Positions 12,601-22,897 of a DNA stretch of 64,000 bases are shown piece by piece. Numbering within the stretch: the stretch's first letter is position 1; the number at the start of each line of letters is the position of its first letter. This DNA comes from Ostrea edulis (lineage: Eukaryota). The DNA lies in contig NC_079169.1 in the NCBI RefSeq assembly GCF_947568905.1, positions 15,686,001 to 15,750,000 on the forward strand, given 5' to 3'. The notes under the pieces were generated by a model. The model did not search any database, was not told the DNA's origin, and worked only from the letters and a program-made list of their open reading frames with translations. The position numbers and the translations under genes were made by a program.

Positions 12601-13571
12601 TGGGATGTTTTCAACTTTAAAATGTTGTGGTATAGTTCTGTCCTTATAAAATAGAATTTTGTAATGACATGTTGATGCTATATAACGACACTATTTCGTA
12701 AACATTAAATGCTGGAGTTAAGCCATGGTTTATTCATGATCATCCATTAAACTTAACTCTACCCACCCACCCATCCCACTCATAGATACCTCTCTACAAA
12801 CAATGCTTCTTACTTAAGGTACATATCAGTCATGTCATTTGTTTTCTAAATGGCAAATCAATTTAAATAACAATAAATTACAATGTTACAAACAATTTTG
12901 TGTATATCACGTGAAAACACATTACCTTCTCCGTCTTTTCAACATCATCTTTGGACAAACAGCTGCCAGATTCTTCCTGAGGACTTTCTACTATGAAACT
13001 TTCCTCTTTCTTTTTCTCTTTGTTCTCCTCCTCTGAACCCTCATCATCCTCATCCTCCTCTTCAGATTGTTGATTGTCATCCTCTTCTTCATCAGAATCA
13101 TCAAGACCTGTGAAAATAAAATCAAACATAAATCTACATGCATTCTGTATTAGATACATACACCGATGAAGTCCTATACTTGCATTTCACTTTCAGCTCT
13201 ATATTGTATTTTTATAAAATACATGAACATCAAAACAATATACATATTCCATTCATTCGTGTGTCAATTAAAGTTTCATACCTTTATGATGTTTGTCTAA
13301 CTCAAAATCGCTATCATCACTGTCGTCTGCTCCGCCAAAGTCCACCTGAATAAGGTGTTTCTGTACCGGTTTAACTCGCCTCTTTCTTGGGTCTCTTTGC
13401 ACTGCAATATTGAATATGCAAGACCATAAATTCGCCTATTTCTTGTATTTTTTACAATCCAACTTTATATAAATCAAAATATATATACATATTGTTTGTT
13501 TCTAACTTACACATTGTCCTATACAGAAATTCGACACTGGGATCCACTTCCAAATCCATGTTTTCAGCCAT
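614..13571 (-). CDS. PHF14: PHD finger protein 14 (spliced, 3'-partial; continues left of position 1)
   Basis: Phase-consistent GT-AG exons: 13571-13511, 13401-13282, 13107-12926, 10506-10424, 9114-9059, 8921-8821, 8410-8355, 8241-8130, 7171-7077, 6914-6866, 6763-6623, 6334-6259, 5933-5839, 1974-1884, 1700-1594, 927-832, 714-614. Spliced product: MAENMDLEVDPSVEFLYRTMLQRDPRKRRVKPV..DFGGADDSDDSDF, acidic region, PHD1 (ICCVCLGDISEEDDEIVECDNCGASVHEGCYG..STEPWFCDAC), ePHD ([85 protein letters not shown]), LTSSPAAVKKMLRKAELMGI, coiled coil. All match human PHF14 as recalled. Extra small exons between 12926 and 10506 cannot be excluded. Confidence 0.95.
1168..1626 (-). repeat. 42-bp (with 29-bp variant) tandem array derived from PHF14 exon end plus donor
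   Basis: Minus unit GTATTACTCGAGGAGAAGATATTACGTAGGAAATATGATCAG, ~11 degenerate copies; the first copy is the real end of exon 1700-1594. Confidence 0.9.
1990..5010. repeat. ~3-kb simple satellite built on (GTAAT)n with 11/16-bp variant units
   Basis: Continuous gtaatgtaatgttata / gtaatgtaatgtgata variants; few C on the plus strand. Confidence 0.98.
5145..5310 (+). mobile_element. Penelope-associated terminal repeat fragment
   Basis: gatcaatctcataactcc..gggcaaacacggacccct..gggatcaggtgcctagg is shared with 25370-25650, 26335-26735 and (inverted) 28330-28460; the 26335 copy is contiguous with PLE RT-like sequence. Confidence 0.6.
7320..7939. mobile_element. Non-autonomous DNA transposon (CAGGG..CCCTG termini, 5-bp TSD AATAC)
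   Basis: TIRs cagggctcaacatt / aatgttgacccctg; internal inverted acttgtcc/ggacaag repeats; flanks aatac|..|aatac. Confidence 0.8.
9457..10470 (-). repeat. 40/52-bp tandem array derived from PHF14 PHD1 exon end plus donor
   Basis: Minus unit AGCCAATCAAGGTCACAATCTGCTGTGTGTGTCTAGG(AGATATCAG|GTAACT), ~22 copies; the first copy is inside exon 10506-10424. Confidence 0.92.
10549..11354. mobile_element. Non-autonomous DNA transposon related to 7320-7939 (5-bp TSD CTTTA)
   Basis: TIRs caggtattgacatt / aatgtcaaaccctg; flanks cttta|..|cttta. Confidence 0.8.
11517..11708. repeat. 62-bp tandem repeat x3
   Basis: atcaaatacaatacatactctaacatcataccacagcctctccc.. repeated. Confidence 0.9.
11777..12122. repeat. 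68-bp tandem repeat x5
   Basis: acaaacagcaatattacacagataccatgaacctcacacacgaataagataagtcattggatttatac repeated. Confidence 0.9.
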
Positions 13572-13760
13572 CTTGTCTATCCAAGCGCACATAAGACGCA
13601 GACGTATGTCCACGGGGCTCATCAATTTTTACCCGGCCTAAATGAAAGTCACTAATGAAATGGAAAGGATACATCTGTTGTTGGAATTTTTAATTTTTCT
13701 TATATAGCGAGGGGAGGAATGAACCCCAATAGGATCAAATTCGTATGGTGGCCCCTATAC
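13572..13760. promoter_or_regulatory. Putative PHF14 promoter, possibly shared with NDUFA4
   Basis: Immediately upstream of PHF14 ATG; YY1-like AAGATGGC overlaps the start codon; plus-strand donor-like GAC|GTATGT at ~13603 could end a non-coding NDUFA4 exon. The TSS is not directly visible. Confidence 0.35.
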
Positions 13761-14029
13761 AGTGTCAACATGCATTTATCAATATGTTGACCTGCGACTT
13801 AATTAGGCCTATTAATGTCCAGAATTTTTTCTTTTCTTATAAAGAAGTTTCAAAAAGTCTAAAATGGTGGCAAATTTTTGCAATCATCACTTGTCGGATA
13901 ATTATGCCGACTTGTCATTTGTATCAACTTTAAAGGTCAATATAAATCAACTTAAAACTGTTACTGATAGTATGCTAAATAACGCCCAAAACGTGCCATC
14001 TAGTTAACAACATGGTGATCTGCTATAGA

Positions 14030-14630
14030 TCTATAGTTAACTGTACAAGTTAAATTGTTATATAGTTAATTGTACAAGTTAAATTGTTATATAGTTAATT
14101 GTACAAGTTAAATTGTTATATAGTTAAATTGTTATATAGTTAATTGTACAAGTTAAATTGTTATATAGTTAATTGTACAAGTTAAATTGTTATATAGTTA
14201 ATTGTACAAGTTAAATTGTTATATAGTTAACAGGGCCGTAAATTACATGGAGGCGGAGGAGGCAGCTGCCTCCTCCAACTTTTGAGCCAAAAAAAATTTA
14301 AAATTTAAAGTTCATTAGAATTTATGTTGTTTCCAATAACTAAGAACATGATAACTCCCTTAAAAAGCATTCCAAATCTTTCTTTTAGAATGAGTTAGTC
14401 AAGTAACATCTTAGAAGGCCCTAGAATCAAGGATTTTGCACGAAACGTGTTCAGTGTGCACAAAATGTGCTCAGCGTCTGGGGGCCTGGGCGGCCCCCAG
14501 ACCCCCGCCTAATTTCCTGCCTCCTCCAAATTGAAGGTTAATTTACGGCCCTGAGTTAATTGTACAAGTTAAATTGTTATATAGTTAATTGTTCAAGTCA
14601 AATTGTTATATAGTTAATTGTTCAAGATAA
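14030..14630. repeat. 29-bp minisatellite interrupted by a MITE
   Basis: tatatagttaattgtacaagttaaattgt units on both sides of 14231-14553. Confidence 0.9.
14231..14553 (+). mobile_element. MITE with cagggccgtaaatta TIRs (copy 1)
   Basis: Perfect 15-bp TIR; agttaa duplicated on both flanks; inverted near-identical copy at 20675-20956. Confidence 0.88.
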
Positions 14631-14718
14631 AATTGTGATGATAATTATAACTAAAGTCTATATACATGTATATCATTGTAGTACTGTATGTATAAATTAC
14701 TCAGTGTAAAGAATAAAT

Positions 14719-14726
<8 letters not shown>

Positions 14727-14788
<62 letters not shown>
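14727..14788. repeat. (CT)n microsatellite
   Basis: ~30 CT units. Confidence 0.98.
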
Positions 14789-14792
<4 letters not shown>

Positions 14793-16519
14793 TCTCATCT
14801 TTGAAAAACGTCATACAATGTTGGTTTCATAATATTAACTTAGAGAATTGAATGCATCATTTAATTTTTATGAATTATTTTCGAATTTCCACTGTAGTGT
14901 AGATCGGAAATTGTGAAATACAACATTCTGAAATTGATTATCAAAACTATATATTTTAATTTTTAAAAATCTACTGTATCATTTAAAGAACATTTGAATA
15001 TTGTGCAGTTTAATGGCAATTTGTCCTTAGCGGAGTAAAACACTCAAGAAATAAAACAACATCACACCGATTCAAGCATTTCAGTGATAGGATGTAAGTG
15101 ACGATGCACTAATAACAGTAAAGTGCAACAGGATTACAAAAATTAAGCCAAAATAACACAAGAGGCTTGAAAATACATTTCATACCCTGTTTATAAAAAG
15201 CAATATTCTCATCATCATTTTCAAAATAAATTAAAAAAGATAATGTTTTTGTTTTTACATTTCCAAGCATGCATTCAAATTATTCAGTCAAAGGTCACTA
15301 AAATTGAAATAATGAAATAATGTTAATTTTATTTATAAATTTATCAACAACATATATACAATCTATTTTTGAATAAAAAGAAAAGCCAAAACATTTAAAA
15401 TATTTCCCATTCAATATTTCAAAAAAAATATCAATAGCTAATTTGTCGTTCATCCTCAAACAATACGTCTATTAGAACTCTCTTGTCGAACGTCCTTCAA
15501 CAGCGACACGAAAAACTGTAGGACACCAAAATGCATATTGATTTTAACAAATTAGGCCCAGAAAACTGGCTGTATGGCATGCGATGGAGGGAAGTTTCTC
15601 ACCACAAAGGGGTAAACTACAGATTAATGTGTTTTGTTGGTTTAATATGATTCACTGATTGAACGGAATTTTTGATTGTATGCAATGACTGAATGAGACT
15701 GATGCGCATGTGTGCTTAGTATAGCAGGGACAGGGGGTGTTATATCCCCTTTTTTCCACAGATTTATGCGACCCGTATTACAAGTTAATGGTTGCGTTCA
15801 GAGTAAACCCAATGGTACCATCACCGATTTACCAATCAGTTAGCACGAAATGTCCAAGATGCAATCTCATATACCTTTGTGAATAATTTTTCACCAAGAA
15901 GATGCGTTTACAATTAGATGTGTTTTAAGTACTGTTAATTACTTTCTCCTGCAGATTATTTTTCTTCATCTTCGCTAGTCAGGAGTTTTCAGTTCATAAA
16001 TGCAGAGCAGAGTGGACCAAAAACCCTTGATTAGCGAAAATTAAAACATCATGAATATAATAGATCTTCAGACGAAATGGTTAGAGTGGAGATGCCTAGA
16101 TACTAAGATTACTTTATTACATTCACTTGATTTTTTGAAAACCAATTTCCGTCTGTTTAGGGACATGTTAAGTTTGAAGCAACAAGTCTGAATATTGTCT
16201 TTAGTTGATATCTATGAAGGTTTAAGGGGGATACAAAATCAGTTGCTTTCAGTGTGTACGCAATGCCCACCATTTTTGATAGAATTGTTATTTGCAACTG
16301 TGGGCACCAAAATATTTGTGTGGACTAGTAAAGTTGGGGACCCACATGGCCCCTAAAATTTTGACTGTTATTTGCAACCCTGATACTATTGAATATAGGT
16401 CTTCATAAAGATTTCCTAGTTTCTGTGTGGCCTTCATTTTACAACAGATTTTTCTCATTTGTCTTATCACCTAAACATCATAGTTCCTTTGGTAGAGACT
16501 GCATTTGCAGTTGTATTTA

Positions 16520-16850
16520 CTAAGTGTTATGACCTTGTATAGGTGGTAAATAAGTGTTATGACCTTGTATAGGTTGTAAATAAGTGTTAGGACCTTGTAT
16601 AGGTTGTAAATGAGTGTTCAGACCTTGTATAGGTTGTAAATGAGTGTTCAGACCTTGTATAGGTTGTAAATGAGTGTTCAGACCTTGTATAGGTTGTAAA
16701 TGAGTGTTCAGACCTTGTATAGGTTGTAAATAAGTGTTAGGACCTTGTATAGGTTGTAAATAAGTGTTAGGACCTTGTATAGGTTGTAAATGAGTGTTCG
16801 GACCTTGTGCAGGTTGTAAATAAGTGTTAGGACTTTGTATAGGTTGAACA
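16520..16850. repeat. 30-bp minisatellite x~11 upstream of NDUFA4 coding exons
   Basis: gaccttgtataggttgtaaat(a/g)agtgtt(ag/ca) units. Confidence 0.92.
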
Positions 16851-17096
16851 ACATGGAAAGATTGGGGACATTTCTATATCTGCGCATGTATCATGATGTT
16901 ACTTGTAGCTATGTTTACCCAACAGAACATTGTCACCATATTAACTGATATAATCATATAAAACTTGTACCATATGCACAGGAGAAGTTTATTAATAATT
17001 ATATGATTTTTTATTATTATATATTTCGTTGATCATCAATTATTTATTGAAAATCGGATCATCACCAGTAAATGTGTGTTTTATCACTGTTTACAG

Positions 17097-17839
17097 ATGC
17101 AGGTTATTTGGGCATGCACACTGATGGGGCTGAGTTTAGGATCGTGGTACTTTGTCAGGCTTTGCACAAAAGCACCTGATGTGACGTAAGTTTTTGTTTT
17201 GCTGAAAGGTAATACTCGTTACTCAACTTACTGTCAGCAAATGACGGTATCTGGAGGCTGCCCATGAGTATTTCATTTCCTAAGTCAAATACAGAATTTG
17301 GATTATTCCAATATGTTGAACAGTCATTTTAGATTACATGAATATTCATTTTCCTACTCAGTTTCTGTGGTTACACAATGTAAACAGAAGTGATGATTTT
17401 GGGAAGTGCTGTACATGTATATTGTACCTTATGAACTTGGTTCTTTTTAGATGGAGACACACCAGCAACCCCCAACCCTGGGAGAAGATGCCACAGTCTG
17501 TGCAGTACAGAGTAAGTCGAAACGTTCGGATATACATTTTTTTGCACAAAACTAAAACTTTGTAGAAATTTCATTCACCTTATTTTGAAGCTGTAATTTG
17601 TGTTCAGTGGGAAAATTTTCATGGCTAACCAATTTTTCTATTTTCATCAGTGTATATACCAGTAATATAAATGTTTAAACATGACTGTTAAAATAAAGAA
17701 GTCTCTAAAAATGATAGACTAAAATTTAGATGTTGAATTTCTTTTCTAGTTTTGGAGTCCAACAATTGACTACAAGAAAAGGGGACTGTACCCTGATAGT
17801 GAGAGACCCGACATTGACCTCCGCCCAGCTACCAATTAA
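17097..17839 (+). CDS. NDUFA4: NDUFA4/COXFA4-like cytochrome c oxidase subunit (spliced; first coding exon not securely located)
   Basis: Exons 17097-17185, 17451-17511, 17750-17839 give MQVIWACTLMGLSLGSWYFVRLCTKAPDVTWRHTSNPQPWEKMPQSVQYRFWSPTIDYKKRGLYPDSERPDIDLRPATN*. One TM helix then PDVxW..NPxPW..QYxF.S..IDY..ERPD, the NDUFA4/B12D signature. AATAAA at 17981. About 14 N-terminal residues are expected in an upstream exon. Confidence 0.85.
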
Positions 17840-18404
17840 CTCTTGAAAATGTTTGTCTGTAGGTCAATATCAGATCCAGAGATTGTCCAAGGAAATAACT
17901 AGCAGACCTTTGATATTTTGTTTACTATCTTGAAAGCAGTGATATTAAAAGAAACTTCACTCATGTTTTGAATAGTGATGAATAAATGTGTTTATTTGAT
18001 TTACGTGTTTCTTCTTCTTTGTGTTCAAGATGTTATCTGATACACAGCTGCTGTATAGAGTTGGTACAGTGGCAGTTTCGAAATTGGTTTAAAACTTAGT
18101 ATAGACCACAGGTCTATGCCAAAACAAGATGACTTAGACCTCATTGAATTGGCATAGACCGCAACATTGAAAAAAAAAATAACACAAATTTAAAACATTG
18201 TTATTTATTTCTAATGTAATTATAAAGCATATTTGATTTCCATAACAATGTCCTCCTTTCCTCATAACATTTATCAGATGTCGACTTTTTGAGATAACTA
18301 TTGCTTTAAACCTAGAAAATCGGCATAGAAAATTTGGTTTATCCCAATTACAATTGGCATAGATCGGTGTCATTTGACATAGACTCGGTCTATGGTTAAT
18401 TTCG

Positions 18405-18792
18405 AACACTGCAGTGGTTGCACCTAGAGTAGATGACCCCTACTGATTGGGACACTGCGGGGGTTGTACCTAGAGTAGATGACCCCTACTGATTGGGAAC
18501 ACTGCAGTGGTTGCACCTAGAGTAGATGACCCCTACTGATTGGACACTGCGGGGGTTGTACCTAGAGTAGATGACCCCTACTGATTGGAACACTGCAGTG
18601 GTTGCACCTAGAGTAGATGACCCCTACTGATTGGACACTGCGGGGGTTGTACCTAGAGTAGATGACCCCTACTGATTGGAACACTGCAGTGGTTGCACCT
18701 AGAGTAGATGACCCCTACTGATTGGGACACTGCCGTGGTTGCACCTAGAGTAGATGACCCCTACTGATTGGGACACTGCCGTGGTTGCACCT
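18405..18792. repeat. ~41-bp tandem array x~9 at the end of an inverted-repeat element (18070-18415)
   Basis: cactgcagtggttgcacctagagtagatgacccctactgattgg units, alternating two variants; element termini cagt(t/g)ttcgaaatt in inverted orientation. Confidence 0.85.
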
Positions 18793-19338
18793 ATTATCGA
18801 GGCTTTCTCAAAATGAAAGGGGTGCAATCCCCGTAATCTCCCTCTCCAATTGCTTAGTAATATGTATGTGATCTATAATTAAGAGCATTAAATTATTGTT
18901 TTTCGATTGTGTTGTTCATTTACAAAGTTATATAACTGTTCACGATATGATTAGCGACAGTTTCGCGCACGAGCAAATCTTCATGTGTACTTAATATACA
19001 ATTGTACCAACGTATCAGGCACGTAGAACCAGGGGCTGACCCTCCGGGTTTTTTTGTTTTTTTGGGGGGGTTTTTTTTTTAGCAGCGTTCATTTTCTGTT
19101 ATTTTTATAAGCAAACAAGTTATTTTCACATGTGCGATAAGATTAATTGGTGGATTGTCCCCCACCCCACTCTTTTTGTGGTAATAAGGAATGGTAAAAA
19201 TATGATAATGAATGAACTGACGAATTAAAGACGAACGGAGACCCTCCCTCCAATTTAAGAGTATGAAGTTTGGGCAAAGGAGAAATGTTCAGGGTCCTTT
19301 TCTGCCTGTTAACAATTGAAGACAGACAATAAGTGGCG

Positions 19339-20292
19339 TATGGAGCGCCAAATAAACATAAACGCAAATAAATGAAGATATCTGCAATTATTTGAAGATA
19401 TCATCAATTCAACTATTGCTCTCTTTAATTGAATTAATGCACGCATTAAATCAATTATTGCTCTCATCAAATGAATTAATGCGCACTTCAATTCAATTAT
19501 TGCTCTCATCTATTGAAATAATGCGCGCAATTATTGGTCTCTTCAACCGCATCAATTGAATTAATGAGGGCATTATATGTCATAGATTTGATCCCTGCAT
19601 TAATTCAATTATTGCTCTCTTCACTTCAATTAATGAGAGCATAATTTCGTAGAAATATTTAATTTAGAGCTCGGTATAAATAATTTGATAATCTCTTTAA
19701 TTCAAGTTATTTTTAATTATATACAATGCTTTTGTATAAGGAATTAATGCGCGCATCAATTCTTTTAAAGAAAGCAACAATTCAATTAAAGATATCATTA
19801 ATTCAATTGTGGATATGTTGAGTTGCTCTATCTAAAAGAATTATTTTTCTCTTCAAATGAATTAAAGATATCATTAATTCGATTGAAGAGAGCAATTATT
19901 AAAGGTGAAGTGTAATAAAAATAGATTTGAACATAAAGTTTATAATTCCTTGAAACTCCTTTTGAAAAGTTTATTGATGTGTTTATTTATTTATTTTTTA
20001 ATCCAGGTAAATGCGCAATTATTGCTGTCATCAAATGAATTAATGCGCGCATCAATTCAATTATTGCTGTCATCAATTGATTTAATGCGTGCATTGTATC
20101 AATTATTGCTTTCTTCAATTGAATTGTAGCGCGCATCAATTCCATTGTTGATACCATTAATTCGTTTGAAGAGATCATTAAAATGCTAACAATTCAATCA
20201 ATGCGCGCAATAATTCAGAATTGAAGATATCATTAATTATTCGAAGAGATCTTTAATTAAATTGTTGTGCGTATCAAATGAATTGATGATAT
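19339..20292. mobile_element. Truncated IS3EU-like non-autonomous foldback element
   Basis: Begins TATGGAGCGCCAAAT(A)AACATAAAC like 27067-28123; same caattgaattaatgcgcgc internal repeats; right TIR missing. Confidence 0.75.
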
Positions 20293-20613
20293 CTACCCTG
20301 GCACCTATCGGCTTCCGTAGACATATATACTTATACATCAATGCACTTAATGCTACCAATCTAATATGATTTGCTCTGGTGAGCATTAATATTACCGTCT
20401 TTCAAGGAATTTTAAGACGGTATTATATAGTTGAAATATTTTACAGTCTTCGGACAATACACTTCCACTCCTTAGTGATTGGTAGAAAATGTATGATGGG
20501 GAACATTCTAATTTATTTCATTGGTTGAAATTCTATTCAACGCAAGGGAGATAATTTTGTGATGGTCTAATTTACTTTTAGGCGTAACGATTTTACAGGG
20601 TTTTCAATTTTAA

Positions 20614-21230
20614 GGAGGTACTCTACATCGTCATAATGGCTGACTTCCTTTTAAAACATGGATGAATATATATACAGGGCCGTAAATTAACCTTCAATTT
20701 GGAGGAGGCAGGAAATTAGGCACATTTTGTGCACACTGAACACGTTTCGTGCAAAATCCTTGATTCTAGGACCTTCTAAGATGTTACTTGACTAACTCAT
20801 TCTAAAAGAAAGATTTGGAATGCTTTTTAAGGGAGGTATCATGTTCTTAGTTATTGGAAACAACATAAATTCTAATGAACTTTAAATTTTATTTTATTGG
20901 CTCAAAAGTTGGAGGAGGCAGCTGCCTCCTCCGCCTCCATGTAATTTACGGCCCTGATATATATATATATATCAGCAATATTTGTCTATTCATTGGAAGT
21001 CTTCTCGCATAGCTGAGTAGCTGAAGTTGGTTAGGACGTTAACTGCTGAACTGTAGATCGCGGGTTAGAGTCCAGCAGGGGTTTTAATTTTTGTTTTCCA
21101 GATTGCTTTCTACTAAAACTGCATTTTTTGACTAAATAAAGTAAATAGTAACATTTTCAATTTCAAAATATTGTTATACATATCCTCCACTTTTCATCCA
21201 TATCAAATTTCTCTGGTGAAGCATACCTCC
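20614..21230. mobile_element. Kolobok-like MITE (TTAA TSD, GGAGGTA..TACCTCC termini); partial copies at ~22420-22720 and ~29390-29545
   Basis: ttaa|ggaggta ... tacctcc|ttaa; hosts MITE 20675-20956. Superfamily inferred from TTAA plus RR..YY ends. Confidence 0.7.
20675..20956 (-). mobile_element. MITE with cagggccgtaaatta TIRs (copy 2, inverted, ~40-bp internal deletion)
   Basis: Reverse complement of 14231-14553 lacking the gcgtctgggggcc..cccgc segment; inserted in a TA run. Confidence 0.88.
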
Positions 21231-22897
21231 TTAAAAAGGAGAGAACACGAAGAGAAGAAAGAAGAAACGTGTAATATAATGAAACTGACATTTTAATCTT
21301 ATTCATATCAACTATCAAAAACGTTTCTATAATTCAACAAATAACAGAAATGGTCTTTTTGAACGCAAACCTTAAAATTCTTCTTGATAAAATTTGGGCA
21401 ATTTTCAGCTGCTGTGTGGAAAAACTAAAGAAGCTCAACATCTGCTTTTCACTGTTTTCTTGTGGTTGAGAAGAAACAATGCTCTCTATTTTTAGTATAA
21501 ATATCATGTCTATTTTAAGGTCATACTAGAAAAAATAGTGTACAGGAGTTTCTAGTACTGAGGTGGGTTTTTTTAAAAGTTGATTTCATTTAAGATTTTA
21601 TAAAAGTTTGAATATGTGGTCATTTAATAAAAATATAAATACATGTACTTAAAGCATATCATACATTTATATCAGTTTACTGCATGTATAAGGTTGTTCA
21701 TAAAGGCGGTAAACTTTGTAGAAAAGCTATATATACACTTGTATGTCTCATGGGTCTCTTTATCTCGTGAAAATGTTACATGTACATCACATGACCTGTA
21801 CAAAGAGCAATAACTCCGGGTCAGAACAAGAATGTGCATGATACACGGCCCCATAGTTACCTGTGTGTTTATACAGGTACGTGACGATGACAGGTAAATT
21901 ACTCGATCACCAGAAAGTATAAATACCAAACAGAAAGCATATACTTTCCTTAAATCCCTGGAGCACGGTGGATATCGGGCCAAGAATTTCTTCTTTACAC
22001 ACATCTGGAGTTTAGAAGTATAAAAGGTAAATCATTGTACAACAATTTACGAGAGCTTAGTAAACGATGCGACCTGACTAGAAGGATCTAAACAAGAAAT
22101 ACATAGTATCCCAAGTGTATTAGTACTGTACATCGGAAGAAAACAGTCCTGTCTGAAAGGCAACCTTCATGTGGTCAATTGTCAATACATCAGAACAAGA
22201 GAACTAACCTGAATCCATGTGATGACCATTGTATATAAATGTAATAGCGTTTAGTGGAGGATCTAAGATTTTCCGAGAGAGAGAGAGAGAGAGAGAGAGA
22301 AGCACAGATGACATCAGTACCAAAGATATGATTCCTTTAAATGGATCCGCTTCCTCACCAGAAAAAAATCTATGCAGTATTTTGGAGACAAAATTGATTG
22401 TTTTATTCTACTGACTTGTGGAGGTACTCTACATCGATTATCATACTGGCTGACTTCCTTTTAAAACATGAATGAAAATATGAATATCAGAAATATTTGT
22501 CTATTCATTTCAAATATTGATACTTGCATGGGTAGCTCAATACATTAGCACGTTGAATGCTGAACTGTAGATCGCGGGTTCGAGACCAGCAGGGGTTTTG
22601 AATTACTTTTTTTTTTAATTGCTTTCTACTAAAACTGCATTTTTTGACTAAATAAAGTAAATTTGAAAGTTTTAAATTTCAAAGTATTGTTGTATATATC
22701 CTCCACATTAAATTTCATGTTATTGATTAGAAATAATTCTACCGAAACAATGAAAAATTATTCCCCATTTCCTCACGTGCACTTTTTAACAGAATCACAA
22801 ACAGATCGGCCATTACTGCGACTGATAAGAAATTTACAATCATGCCTTTATGAATGATGATTATGTACATGTATTTACTTCTAGCTACTATTGGACT

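Noticed and set aside
16051-16080. ATGAATATAATAGAT..AAATG|GTTAG as first NDUFA4 coding exon
   Set aside because: Ends in phase 2, incompatible with the phase-0 start of exon 17097.
21672-22004. 110-aa minus-strand ORF
   Set aside because: No motif; the region more likely holds a non-coding 5' exon of the TRIM-like gene (donor-like CAG|GTACGT ~21878, CAG|GTAAAT ~21896), which is itself unconfirmed.
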